This document shows positions 1-9,831 of a DNA stretch of 64,000 nt, one piece after another (the first letter of the stretch is position 1; the number at the start of each line of letters is the position of its first letter). A program made the position numbers and the translations under genes. Origin of the DNA: Calditrichia bacterium (GTDB lineage Bacteria; Calditrichota; Calditrichia; RBG-13-44-9; J075); assembly GCA_965227145.1 (NCBI GenBank), contig OZ245730.1, forward strand, positions 3,086,187-3,150,186, in the 5' to 3' direction. The notes under the pieces were generated by a model. The model did no database searches, was not told where the DNA came from, and saw only the letters and a program-made list of their open reading frames with translations.

Positions 1-645
1 TTCAGTATTTTCAGCAATTTCACCGATGAATGGTTGGTAAAATGTTTCCAGTGCGGGATCTTTCAGCCATTGCGGCGGCGATACTTTTTTGCTATCCGAA
101 GATTCCAGAATTTCAAAAATTGTGCGCCGTAAGTCGGGAATGCCTTCCCCTTTGCTGCCGATAACCGGAATTACGGTAATCGCCAACGATGCCGCAAGTT
201 CATCAATGTTGATTTCGATGCCGTGCGCTTTGGCAACATCCACCATATTCAGCGCCAGCAATGTCGGCTTGTTGAGCTCCAGCAATTGGCTGACCAGATA
301 CAAATTCCGGTTCAGGTTACTGGCATCTGCAACAACGACAATCAGATCAAGCGCATCATCTGAATACAGCGTTTCAACGGCAATTTCTTCGTCCAGCGAT
401 TGCGGGTTCAGGCTGTATAATCCGGGCAGATCGATAACTTCAACCTTTGCACCACCGGGCGAAATGAGCATGCCCGATTTTTTTTCAACCGTAACGCCTG
501 GATAATTACCCACTTTTTGGCGCAATCCGGTTAGTGCATTAAACACGGAAGTTTTGCCAGTGTTTGGGTTGCCCACAAGAGCAACCCGGAATTTTTTTAT
601 GGAAAATGACTGGTGTGCCGTCAGGTTTTCAACATTTACCGACAT
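1..645 (-). CDS. feoB: Ferrous iron transporter FeoB, N-terminal GTPase domain (partial; rest of gene lies beyond window start)
   Basis: Own minus-strand translation from ATG at 645..643: MSVNVENLTAHQSFSIKKFRVALVGNPNTGKTSVFNALTG...VGNYPGVTVEKKSG (P-loop plus FeoB G-domain signature). Sits 8 nt downstream of feoA. Track ORF 89..505(+) is a low-complexity shadow ORF. Confidence 0.8.
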   Translation of the reverse strand, partial: MSVNVENLTAHQSFSIKKFRVALVGNPNTGKTSVFNALTGLRQKVGNYPGVTVEKKSGMLISPGGAKVEVIDLPGLYSLNPQSLDEEIAVETLYSDDALDLIVVVADASNLNRNLYLVSQLLELNKPTLLALNMVDVAKAHGIEINIDELAASLAITVIPVIGSKGEGIPDLRRTIFEILESSDSKKVSPPQWLKDPALETFYQPFIGEIAENTE

Positions 646-653
646 CGATAGCG

Positions 654-887
654 TTATCCCTTTTCAACTAAAATAGAACGGGCAACATCCTTCCGGATCG
701 AAAGGTTATAGCCCCGGAAACGAATTTCCATCGGATCACCCAACGGTGCAAACTTGATCAACTTTACCGGTGTGCCTTCCAGAAGCCCCATTTCCATCAG
801 ACAGTTGGTATCGCTGGTGCAGTTGCAATATTCCCGGATAACGCAACATTCGCCCGGTTTCAATTTGTCCAGAGAGTCTTGATTCAT
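654..887 (-). CDS. feoA: Ferrous iron transport protein A (FeoA)
   Basis: 77-aa ORF, FeoA-like size and pattern (GDPMEIRFRGYNLSIR), immediately upstream of feoB on the same strand. Confidence 0.75.
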   Translation of the reverse strand: MNQDSLDKLKPGECCVIREYCNCTSDTNCLMEMGLLEGTPVKLIKFAPLGDPMEIRFRGYNLSIRKDVARSILVEKG

Positions 888-1182
888 TATTTAGCCCCAA
901 ACTAAAAAATTAATATTAAACCCCTCAGTAACTATTTACGACACAATTTAGATGGTTGAACGGTTTTTTTCAACACTGTTCGAGAATAAGAATAATTCTC
1001 CATTATCCCCGAAAATACCGGACAAGTTTTGGTGAATAATAGCTTTACGGCATCCTGAAAATTTCGCTGTCCGAAACCGGTTTCACGAACCAATTTCAAT
1101 TTAAGTTTCCAAAAACAATTTTTAATATCGGTAAATAATTTGCTGTTTCTGACAGCGTCTATTATATTTACGGAATCTGTAT

Positions 1183-2739
1183 ATGACCGTTGAAAATATG
1201 ACTATTGAACATTCATTCTTCGAAAGGCCTGCGGTGCAATCATTTTTCCGGAACCAACACAGTTTTCAGATTTTTGTTGAAACTGCGTCTCATGCGATTA
1301 TTGTCAGTAATTCGACGGGTAAAATTGAATACGCGAATGAATCTGCAGCAAAATTACATTTGTGCAACAGGGATGAGTTGATCGGGCAACCCGCAGAATT
1401 GCTTATTCCGGAACGGCTTCGCGAACAGTATCAACAATATATTTCAAAAACACCGTTGAACAATCACCAAAATACCCACACCCACCGGCTGGATACGTTT
1501 GCCCTCCGGTCAGACGGATCGGAAATTCCGGTTGATATCAACCTGAACCGTATCGAAATCGATGACGAATACTATCTCATCAGTTTTATTTCGGAAATCA
1601 GTCGCCGAAAAGAAGTGGAAAACGCGCTTCGGGAAAGTGAAGCCCGCTATCGCGGATTGTTTGAAGATGATTTAACCGGAAATTTTATCATGGACGGGCA
1701 GGGCAATATTTTGATGTGTAATCCGGCATTCGCCAAATTGTTCGGATTTGAAAATCCCCGGGTTGCCCAATATTCCGATTTTATGGAACGCTTTACCGAC
1801 GATGAAGCCCGGACAGAATTTATTGAAGAATTACACCGCCGCAAAAAACTTGCCCTTTACGAAATTACGCTCCGAAAAACCGATGGCAAGTTGATTTACG
1901 TGCTTGCAAATCTCGTCGGCAATTTCAACGACGCCGGAAAATTGACCGGAATGAAAGGCTATTTGCTGGATATCAGCCGCCGCCGGGAAATTGAAGCGCA
2001 GTTTCTGCAAGCCCAAAAAATGGAAAGTTTGGGCATTTTGGCGGGCAGCATCGCGCATGATTTCAGCAATTTTGTATCGGTCATCGAAGGGTATGCGGAA
2101 ATCATTTTGATGAAAATGGATGAAACCGATCCGATGCGAAATTTTGTTGAAAAAATACAGCAAACCAACAAACAGGCCGGTTTGTTAATCAAACAAATAC
2201 AGGCATTTAGCAGAAGACAGGAAGCACTGTTAATGCGCATCGATCCCAACTACGCCATCCGGGAAATTAAAGAAATACTTGACCGGTTGATTGGGAAAAA
2301 AATCAATTTTCAGCTGCATTGCGGCGTGGATATCGGCACTATCATCGCAGATCCGGTTCAACTAGAGCAAGCCATTATGAATCTGGCAGTGAACGCCCGC
2401 GATGCCATGCCAAATGGCGGCACGCTCACCGTTCGGACCTATCGCACAAAACTCGGCGAATCGGATGTACTCCACAGCGAAGCCGAGCCGGGCGAATTTG
2501 TGTGCATCGAAATTCAGGATACCGGAATCGGGATGGACGAAGAAACCAAATCGCACATTTTTGAACCTTTTTTCACCACAAAACCGCGCGGCAAAGGCAC
2601 AGGTTTGGGACTTTCGACAGTTTACGGGATTATCAAACAAAGCCACGGGCATATCAGCGTAACATCTTTTCCGGAAAAAGGCACCACTTTCAGGATGTTT
2701 TTCCCGATTGTTCCGATTGAAAATGTGGAACGCGTGTAA
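1183..2739 (+). CDS. PAS-domain sensor histidine kinase (no transmembrane segment evident)
   Basis: 518-aa ORF: N-terminal PAS-like region, H-box SIAHDFSNF, HATPase_c motifs NLAVNARDAM, DTGIGMD, GTGLGLS. Confidence 0.9.
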   Translation: MTVENMTIEHSFFERPAVQSFFRNQHSFQIFVETASHAIIVSNSTGKIEYANESAAKLHLCNRDELIGQPAELLIPERLREQYQQYISKTPLNNHQNTHTHRLDTFALRSDGSEIPVDINLNRIEIDDEYYLISFISEISRRKEVENALRESEARYRGLFEDDLTGNFIMDGQGNILMCNPAFAKLFGFENPRVAQYSDFMERFTDDEARTEFIEELHRRKKLALYEITLRKTDGKLIYVLANLVGNFNDAGKLTGMKGYLLDISRRREIEAQFLQAQKMESLGILAGSIAHDFSNFVSVIEGYAEIILMKMDETDPMRNFVEKIQQTNKQAGLLIKQIQAFSRRQEALLMRIDPNYAIREIKEILDRLIGKKINFQLHCGVDIGTIIADPVQLEQAIMNLAVNARDAMPNGGTLTVRTYRTKLGESDVLHSEAEPGEFVCIEIQDTGIGMDEETKSHIFEPFFTTKPRGKGTGLGLSTVYGIIKQSHGHISVTSFPEKGTTFRMFFPIVPIENVERV

Positions 2740-2933
2740 CGCTCCGGCAGGCAAATTATGATCATTTAAAGCGGTTTCATATCGCATTTTATAGCGCAAT
2801 CCTCACAAATTTTTAACCCATCCCCTCCCCTGTTTTTCGGTTTCCTGTCAATTTTGTGTGTGAAAATTGTAATTTTTCGGCTATATTAATCGAATAATTT
2901 TATTAACGCTAAACCCGGAATTTTAGTTGAGTT

Positions 2934-3893
2934 ATGAAAGAAGTTGCCTTTCTAAAACTGAATGCCGAAAAATGGAAAAAGCTGGAAGGGTTACTGAACA
3001 ATTCCGAACCGGTGGACGCAGATATTTACGCCGGTTTATTTCTGGAAATTACTGACGATCTCTCATTTGCCCGCACCCATTTTCCCGGCAGCAAAACAAC
3101 GCAATACCTCAACGGTTTGGCCGGAAAACTGCATCAGGAAATTTATCGCAATAAACGAACCGACAAAAACCGCATCATCAATTTTTGGAAAACCGAACTT
3201 CCGACACTTTACGCCAACCATCGCAAATCCTTGCTTTACAGCTTTCTGATTTTTGCAATTGCGGTGATGATCGGCACCCTTTCCACGCTGAATGACAATA
3301 CTTTTGTCCGGCTGATTTTGGGTGACGGCTATGTGAACATGACCGAACACAACATCGAAAAAGGCGATCCGCTGGCTGTTTACAAAGATGCCCGGCAACT
3401 GCAAATGTTTTTTGGAATTACTTTGAACAATATCCGGGTGTCTTTTCTCTGTTTTAGTGCAGGCATTTTACTATCGGTCGGAACCGCTTTTATGCTGTTT
3501 TTTAACGGCGTGATGTTGGGAACTTTCCACACTTTTTTTTATCTGAATTCGTTGTTGGGCGAGTCGTTACTGGTTATTTATATTCACGGTGCGCTGGAAA
3601 TTTCGGCAATCATCATCGCCGGTAGCGCCGGATTGGTGTTAGGCAACAGCATTTTGTTTCCCGGCTCATTTACCCGACGGGAATCGCTGCAACGCGGCGC
3701 GAAAGACGGTTTGAAAATCGCCATCGGGCTGGTGCCGGTTTTCATTGTTGCCGGATTTCTGGAATCATTTGTGACCCGGTACACCGAAATGCCGGTTGCT
3801 TTGAGCCTGCTGATTATTTTGGGCTCGCTCGCATTTATCGGATTTTATTTTATCGCATATCCTGCTTATCTGAACCAAAAGGCAAAAAAATGA
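2934..3893 (+). CDS. Integral membrane protein, SpoIIM-like (stage II sporulation protein M / DUF95 family)
   Basis: 319-aa ORF with several hydrophobic helices and a YIHGALEISAIIIAG segment; first gene of the conserved MoxR-containing cluster. Confidence 0.5.
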   Translation: MKEVAFLKLNAEKWKKLEGLLNNSEPVDADIYAGLFLEITDDLSFARTHFPGSKTTQYLNGLAGKLHQEIYRNKRTDKNRIINFWKTELPTLYANHRKSLLYSFLIFAIAVMIGTLSTLNDNTFVRLILGDGYVNMTEHNIEKGDPLAVYKDARQLQMFFGITLNNIRVSFLCFSAGILLSVGTAFMLFFNGVMLGTFHTFFYLNSLLGESLLVIYIHGALEISAIIIAGSAGLVLGNSILFPGSFTRRESLQRGAKDGLKIAIGLVPVFIVAGFLESFVTRYTEMPVALSLLIILGSLAFIGFYFIAYPAYLNQKAKK

Positions 3894-4798
3894 ACATGAC
3901 TGAACAAATTGATTTTCGCCAAACCCGCGATTTCAGTCAGGTACTGACCGAAACATTCAACTTTGTCCGCCAGAATATCAAAATTCTGGGGACACATTTG
4001 GTTATCGTAATGGGATTTCCGGCAGTTTTGGTAGGTTTTCTCACCGAATACTGGACGCCGAATGCAACCGATTTTCAAACATCCGGATTCGATTTTCTCG
4101 ATTATTATGCGGCACTGCTGCCGCTTTATTTAATCGCAATGTTGTTGAGCATTTTTTATTCCTGCCTGATTTACGCTTACACAATGTTGTATATCGAACG
4201 CGGATTCGACCAGTTCGAAACGCGCGATGTGTTCAATTATGCCAGCCGCTATTTGCTGAAGGCAACCATTGCATCGCTGCTTTCTTTTGTGTTTTTGATG
4301 GTTGCGGTTGTGATGTTTATCTTGCCGTTTTTTTATATTCTGGTACCACTGTCATTTTTATATATCGTTATTTTTAATGAAGATAAAGGTATTTTTGAAT
4401 CCATTTCCCGCTGTTTCGAAGTGGTTTCCGGTAACTGGTGGAACACTTTTGGATTGATCATTTTGCTCGGCGTGATTGTTTACATGCTCACCATTGCGGT
4501 TTCCGTGCCGCAAATTTTGATGGGCGTTTTCATCGAATTCAACGCCGCAAAAAATGAAGATATCGAAATGTATAAACTGATTTCGGCATTTTTGGGCGTT
4601 TTTACCAATTTAGCGGGATACCTCATTTTTCTCATTTTTCATTTTGGGATTATTTTCCAGTATTTCAGTTTGGTGGAACAAAAGGAAGTTCCCGGACTGC
4701 TTCGCCGCATCGATTCCATCGCCCAATCGGAAGAACCCGATGGCGAATCGCCGCCGGCGGCGATAGATTCCAACGCATCACCCGGAGACAAAGAATAG
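3890..4798 (+). CDS. Multi-pass membrane protein, function unknown
   Basis: 302-aa ORF, strongly hydrophobic segments; start overlaps previous stop by 4 nt (operon-like). Confidence 0.6.
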   Translation: MNMTEQIDFRQTRDFSQVLTETFNFVRQNIKILGTHLVIVMGFPAVLVGFLTEYWTPNATDFQTSGFDFLDYYAALLPLYLIAMLLSIFYSCLIYAYTMLYIERGFDQFETRDVFNYASRYLLKATIASLLSFVFLMVAVVMFILPFFYILVPLSFLYIVIFNEDKGIFESISRCFEVVSGNWWNTFGLIILLGVIVYMLTIAVSVPQILMGVFIEFNAAKNEDIEMYKLISAFLGVFTNLAGYLIFLIFHFGIIFQYFSLVEQKEVPGLLRRIDSIAQSEEPDGESPPAAIDSNASPGDKE

Positions 4799-4801
4799 CC
4801 G

Positions 4802-5521
4802 ATGATGCAACGTTTACCCATTTTAAGAATCGCTATTTTATTGTTTTTATTGCTTTTACCTGTCTATTCAAATTCTGACAGCGTTACGACAGATTCCAGC
4901 AACATCGACATACGCCTGCCCAACGAACAGCAAATCGAAAGCTTTCGCAACAACCCGGATTTCAATTACGATCGCAAAAACAAAACCGGCGTTTCGCTAT
5001 TTGAGCGCGCCGAAGCATGGTTTTGGGAAAAAGTGCTGCAATTTCTGTTGATGCCCGGATATTCCTGGCTGCGATATTTGATCCTCTATTCTTTTATCGC
5101 GCTGGCGTTCGGCTACGCCTATTACAAATTGCGCGGTCAGCAATGGCAGGCGTTATTCGCGGAAAAAAGCGATCTCTCGGTCCGGTTCAGCGAGCATCCC
5201 GAAAACTTACAAACGCTGGATTTGCCCGCGCTCATCCGCGAGGCGGAGCAGCAACAACAGTTCCGGTTGGCGGTTCGCTGGCAATTTTTGAAAATTCTCA
5301 AAGAATTGGAAACCGCCGGAATGATCCGCTGGCACCCTCACAAAACCAATCGCGCATATCTTTCCGAGTTGGGCGACACAGCCGTTCAGCACGATTTTTC
5401 GGAAATTATCGCCGTTTTCGAATATGCCTGGTATGGTCATTTTGATGTGGAAGCAAATCAGTATCAACGCGTTTCCACACAATTTTCTCATTTTCGAAAT
5501 GAAATAAAAACAACGGTTTAA
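4802..5521 (+). CDS. DUF4129-like membrane-anchored protein
   Basis: 239-aa ORF with N-terminal hydrophobic leader (LPILRIAILLFLLLLPVYS) and internal TM. Family assigned from position in the cluster, not from a motif. Confidence 0.45.
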   Translation: MMQRLPILRIAILLFLLLLPVYSNSDSVTTDSSNIDIRLPNEQQIESFRNNPDFNYDRKNKTGVSLFERAEAWFWEKVLQFLLMPGYSWLRYLILYSFIALAFGYAYYKLRGQQWQALFAEKSDLSVRFSEHPENLQTLDLPALIREAEQQQQFRLAVRWQFLKILKELETAGMIRWHPHKTNRAYLSELGDTAVQHDFSEIIAVFEYAWYGHFDVEANQYQRVSTQFSHFRNEIKTTV

Positions 5522-6717
5522 TGAAGAATAAACGCAACATTTTGATCGCTGTAATTTTGGGTATTTTGCTGCTCACGTATCTGGAAACACGGGCGCCAAA
5601 AGCGATCAACAAAACACCCAGCTTTTCGCGATACGATAAAATTCCGTTCGGGAGTTTTGTTGTGCACGAATTTCTTACTGATTTTTTCCCCTCGGGCGAT
5701 ATTTTCGAAAACAATCTGCCGTTGCTGCACACACTCGCGGACCTATCAGAAGACGATACGCCAAATTTTCTGTTTATCGATCTCAAATTGGAATTCGACC
5801 GTTTTGAAACTGAAGCAATGATGGATTTTACCAAACGCGGCGGCAATATTTTTCTCGCAGCGGAACGCTTTCGCGGAAAACTTGCCGATACGTTGAACAT
5901 TTCTACCAGCTTTTTCCCGATGGACATCTCCGATTCGTTGCAATTGCAATTTACCAGCCCGTTTTTGCAGGCAGATTCCGGCTATCGTTTCCGGCACGAT
6001 AACGCCGGGATTTACTTCACCGGATTCGATTCCAGCCGGACGATTATTTTGGCGACAAATTCTCAACAAAAAGTAACCCTGCTGCGCATTCCGAACGGCG
6101 ACGGGCAGTTTATTTTTAGCTCAACGCCATTTATTTTTACCAATTATAATATGTTGCTGGCAGAAAATTCCCGGTTTATCGCCACTGCGCTGTCATTTTT
6201 GAACGATACCGATGTGTATTGGGACGAATATTACAAAGAACGCCGCCGGATGTTTCGAACACCGATTCGTTTTATTCTCAGCCAGCCGGCGTTGAAAAGC
6301 GCATATTTTATTATTTTGTTGGGTGTTTTGCTGTTTATCATTTTTCAAGGTCGCCGGAAACAGCGCATCATTCCGGTGATTAACCCGTTGCAAAACACCA
6401 CTTTGGAATTTGTGAATATTGTCGGCAGGTTGTATTTTAACCAGCGTGACCACAAAAAAATGGCGCAGAAAAAAATCAATCATTTTCTGGAATTTTTGCG
6501 GGAAAATTACCGGGTGAACACCGCCGAAATAACACCGGAATTGCACGAAACGCTCGCCCGGAAAACCACTCGCCCACTGGCGGAAATTGAGAATTTGTTT
6601 AATTTTTTCGCCGCAATCGGCGATTCCAGACAAATCAGCGTGCAGGAATTGTTGAAACTCAACCGGATGATCGAATCCTGGTATCCGATAACGGAATCGA
6701 TCCAACGCACAGAATAA
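5521..6717 (+). CDS. DUF4350-like protein (N-terminal signal/anchor)
   Basis: 398-aa ORF directly upstream of MoxR ATPase; start overlaps previous stop. Family assigned by neighbourhood and size. Confidence 0.45.
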   Translation: MKNKRNILIAVILGILLLTYLETRAPKAINKTPSFSRYDKIPFGSFVVHEFLTDFFPSGDIFENNLPLLHTLADLSEDDTPNFLFIDLKLEFDRFETEAMMDFTKRGGNIFLAAERFRGKLADTLNISTSFFPMDISDSLQLQFTSPFLQADSGYRFRHDNAGIYFTGFDSSRTIILATNSQQKVTLLRIPNGDGQFIFSSTPFIFTNYNMLLAENSRFIATALSFLNDTDVYWDEYYKERRRMFRTPIRFILSQPALKSAYFIILLGVLLFIIFQGRRKQRIIPVINPLQNTTLEFVNIVGRLYFNQRDHKKMAQKKINHFLEFLRENYRVNTAEITPELHETLARKTTRPLAEIENLFNFFAAIGDSRQISVQELLKLNRMIESWYPITESIQRTE

Positions 6718-6730
6718 GGAAGCTTAACAA

Positions 6731-7711
6731 ATGGATGAATTATCAAAACACCCGCCGAGAGTGGATGTCGGCGATTTGCAGGAAGCCCGGAAACGCATCC
6801 GCGCGGAAATTCGCAAAATTATTGTCGGTCAGGAAAATATGGTCGATTTGCTCATTGCCGCGCTGTTGGCGGATGGACATGTGCTCATCGAAGGCGTGCC
6901 CGGCGTCGCCAAAACGCTGGCTGCACGGCTGCTGGCGCGCACCCTTTCCGTCGCGTTCGGGCGCATCCAGTTTACGCCGGATCTGATGCCGTCGGATATT
7001 TTGGGTACCAACGTTTTCAACCAAAGCAGCGCGAAATTCGAATTTAATCACGGACCGATATTTGCGAATATTGTGCTCATCGACGAAATCAATCGTGCGC
7101 CGGCAAAAACGCAAGCTGCGCTATTTGAGGTGATGGAAGAACGCCAAATCACGATGGATGGCAAATTGTATCCGATGGATCAGCCGTTTATGGTGGTCGC
7201 CACCCAAAATCCGGTTGAGCACGAGGGCACCTATCGCCTGCCGGAAGCACAGCTGGACCGGTTCCTGTTTAAAATTTCGGTGCCGTATCCCGATCTCGAT
7301 CAAGAAAAACATATTTTGCGGGAATTTCACGAACGCGGGAATCGCAACGATCTCAACAGCATCCAACCGGTACTGAGCGCGGCGGAAATTTTAGCGTTGA
7401 AAGCAAAAGTTCGCGCCATTCATATCGAGGAAAAATTGCTGGATTATATCGCCACATTTGCCGACCAAACCCGCAATCACCCGTCGCTGTATTTGGGCGC
7501 ATCGCCACGGGCGTCGTTGGCATTGCTGACCGCAGCAAAAGCGATGGCCGCGCTGCGCAACCGCGATTTTGTAACGCCGGAAGATATTCAGGATGTGATT
7601 ACGCCAACGCTGCAACACCGGCTGCTGCTCACACCAGAGAAAGAAATGGAAGGGCAAACCACGGAAGTTGTTATCCGGGATATTTTACAGCGGCTGGAAA
7701 TTCCGCGTTAA
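6731..7711 (+). CDS. MoxR-family AAA+ ATPase
   Basis: 326 aa; Walker A GVPGVAKT, Walker B VLIDEINRA, typical MoxR segments RIQFTPDLMPSDILG and ATQNP. Confidence 0.9.
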   Translation: MDELSKHPPRVDVGDLQEARKRIRAEIRKIIVGQENMVDLLIAALLADGHVLIEGVPGVAKTLAARLLARTLSVAFGRIQFTPDLMPSDILGTNVFNQSSAKFEFNHGPIFANIVLIDEINRAPAKTQAALFEVMEERQITMDGKLYPMDQPFMVVATQNPVEHEGTYRLPEAQLDRFLFKISVPYPDLDQEKHILREFHERGNRNDLNSIQPVLSAAEILALKAKVRAIHIEEKLLDYIATFADQTRNHPSLYLGASPRASLALLTAAKAMAALRNRDFVTPEDIQDVITPTLQHRLLLTPEKEMEGQTTEVVIRDILQRLEIPR

Positions 7712-7714
7712 ATT

Positions 7715-9061
7715 ATGAAATCTATGCTCCAAATGATCAAAAATTTATATCTGGCACCGCGATTGTATCAGGCAATCGGCGCAGTTGCCGTGCTGCACAT
7801 TCTCAGCTATTTTTTCCGCTCGCTGACGTTCGTTGCGGAAATTGCCGGAGTGACACTGCTATTTTTTTCGCTGATTGACATGGTGCTGCTTTTTCGCCAA
7901 AACAATGTCATTATTGCGCGGAGGGAATTGCCGGAACGGTTATCCAACGGGGATGAAAACAACGTCCGGATTTTTATCGAAAATCGATTTGCATTCCAAA
8001 TTCAAACAACCCTATTAGATGAGTTGCCATTCCAATTTCAGATTCGCGATGCCGGATACGATGTCGAGTTGTCCCCGGGAGAAACGCGCCATATTTCCTA
8101 TACGTTGCGTCCGGTGGCGCGCGGCGAATATCATTTCGGCACGTTAAATGTTTACGTTTCAACGCCGGTTGGTTTGATCAAACGGCGCTTTCGCTTCGAA
8201 TCGGATGGCGCGATGGTTCCCGCATATCCCTCGTTTATCCAGATGCGCAAATATGAATTGATGGCGATTTCCAACCGGCTGACCGAAGCGGGCATCAAAA
8301 AAGTGCGCCGGATCGGGCACACAATGGAGTTCGACCAGATTCGCGAATACGTTCGCGGCGACGACCACCGCACCATCAACTGGAAAGCCACAGCCCGCAA
8401 ACGGGCGCTGATGGTCAACCACTATCAGGATGAACGGTCGCAACAGGTTTACAGTGTGATTGATATGGGGCGGGTGATGCAGATGCCGTTCAACGAATTG
8501 TCGCTGCTGGATTATGCCATCAACGCCAGTTTGGTGATTTCTAACATCGCATTGCTGAAACAGGATCGCGCTGGCATCATCACATTTTCCCATAAAGTTG
8601 GCAGTATTTTACCGGCGGAACGCACGCCCGGACAAATGCGCAAAGTAATGGAAACGCTTTACAACCAGCGAACTGATTTTCTGGAATCGGATCACCAGTC
8701 TGTGTATCTCACGCTGTTGCGCAGGCTGAATCAACGCAGCCTGATTTTACTGTTCACCAATTTTGAAACACTCACCGCGTTAAAACGGCAGCTCACGTAT
8801 TTGCGGCGTATTGCCCGGCGCCATTTGCTGGTCGTGATTTTTTTTGAAAATACCGAATTGAAGGGTATTTTGCACAGCGCTGCGGAATCCCCGGAAATGG
8901 TTTACCGCAAAACAATTGCCGAGCAATTTGCCTATGAAAAACGGCAAATTGTCAAAGAATTACAGCGTTCCGGTATTTTTGCGATTCTGACATCACCTGA
9001 AAATTTAACGGTTGCAACCATCAATCAATATCTGCAGCTAAAAGCGCGCGGATTGATTTAA
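7715..9061 (+). CDS. DUF58 domain protein (MoxR partner, vWA-like)
   Basis: 448 aa; N-terminal TM pair then DUF58-like core (EYVRGDDHRTINWKATARKRALMVNHYQDE); immediately follows MoxR. Confidence 0.75.
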   Translation: MKSMLQMIKNLYLAPRLYQAIGAVAVLHILSYFFRSLTFVAEIAGVTLLFFSLIDMVLLFRQNNVIIARRELPERLSNGDENNVRIFIENRFAFQIQTTLLDELPFQFQIRDAGYDVELSPGETRHISYTLRPVARGEYHFGTLNVYVSTPVGLIKRRFRFESDGAMVPAYPSFIQMRKYELMAISNRLTEAGIKKVRRIGHTMEFDQIREYVRGDDHRTINWKATARKRALMVNHYQDERSQQVYSVIDMGRVMQMPFNELSLLDYAINASLVISNIALLKQDRAGIITFSHKVGSILPAERTPGQMRKVMETLYNQRTDFLESDHQSVYLTLLRRLNQRSLILLFTNFETLTALKRQLTYLRRIARRHLLVVIFFENTELKGILHSAAESPEMVYRKTIAEQFAYEKRQIVKELQRSGIFAILTSPENLTVATINQYLQLKARGLI

Positions 9062-9093
9062 CCATCGCAATAAAGCAGGATACATATTTTCTG

Positions 9094-9816
9094 ATGAACC
9101 GTGTGAACATCTCCACTACCCAAAATGTTTCCATTTCATACGAAATTGCCAATATCGGCGAGCGGATTTTGGCTACTCTGATCGACTGGTTTATCCTGTT
9201 GGGATTTGCATTTGCGATGTTATTTCTATCGAGCAACGCCATTATTCCCGGCGATATCACCGGTTGGGCAGTATTGTTTATTATCGGATTTTATGACCTG
9301 GTTTGCGAAATAACCATGAACGGGCAAAGCATCGGGAAGCGGGCGCGGAACATCAAAGTTGCCAAACTGGACGGTTCACAACCGACATTGAGCAGTTATT
9401 TATTGCGCTGGATGTTGCGGTTGGTTGATTTTACGATTACTTCCGGGGCTGGCGCCATTCTGTCAATTTTGTTTACATCCACCGGACAACGGCTTGGGGA
9501 TCTGGCAGCCGGCACAACTGTCATCAAAATTGGGCAGAATGTATCGCTTTCCGATACAATTTTAACCCGAATTGCGGACGATTATCAACCGACATTCCCG
9601 CAAGTGCATCAGTTGACCGATGAAGATGCGGCGATCATCAAAGAAGTGCTGAACACCGCACCGCGACTGCCGGACGCCAAAACCCGCCGATTGGTGATCC
9701 GCAAAGCGGCAGAACAGATTGCCCTCAAAATGGGATTGGCACCGGATTTGGCACCGGAAATGTTTCTCGACACCGTTTTAAAAGATTACAATCATTACAA
9801 CGGCACCGTTGAATAA
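9094..9816 (+). CDS. RDD-family membrane protein
   Basis: 240 aa; RDD hallmarks NGQSIGKRARNIKV and GQRLGDLAAGTTVIK with flanking TM helices. Confidence 0.75.
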   Translation: MNRVNISTTQNVSISYEIANIGERILATLIDWFILLGFAFAMLFLSSNAIIPGDITGWAVLFIIGFYDLVCEITMNGQSIGKRARNIKVAKLDGSQPTLSSYLLRWMLRLVDFTITSGAGAILSILFTSTGQRLGDLAAGTTVIKIGQNVSLSDTILTRIADDYQPTFPQVHQLTDEDAAIIKEVLNTAPRLPDAKTRRLVIRKAAEQIALKMGLAPDLAPEMFLDTVLKDYNHYNGTVE

Positions 9817-9831
9817 TCCACCCAAACAAAA

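Noticed and set aside
89-505. Plus-strand 138-aa ORF
   Set aside because: Low-complexity Ser-rich translation; the opposite strand encodes the FeoB G-domain.
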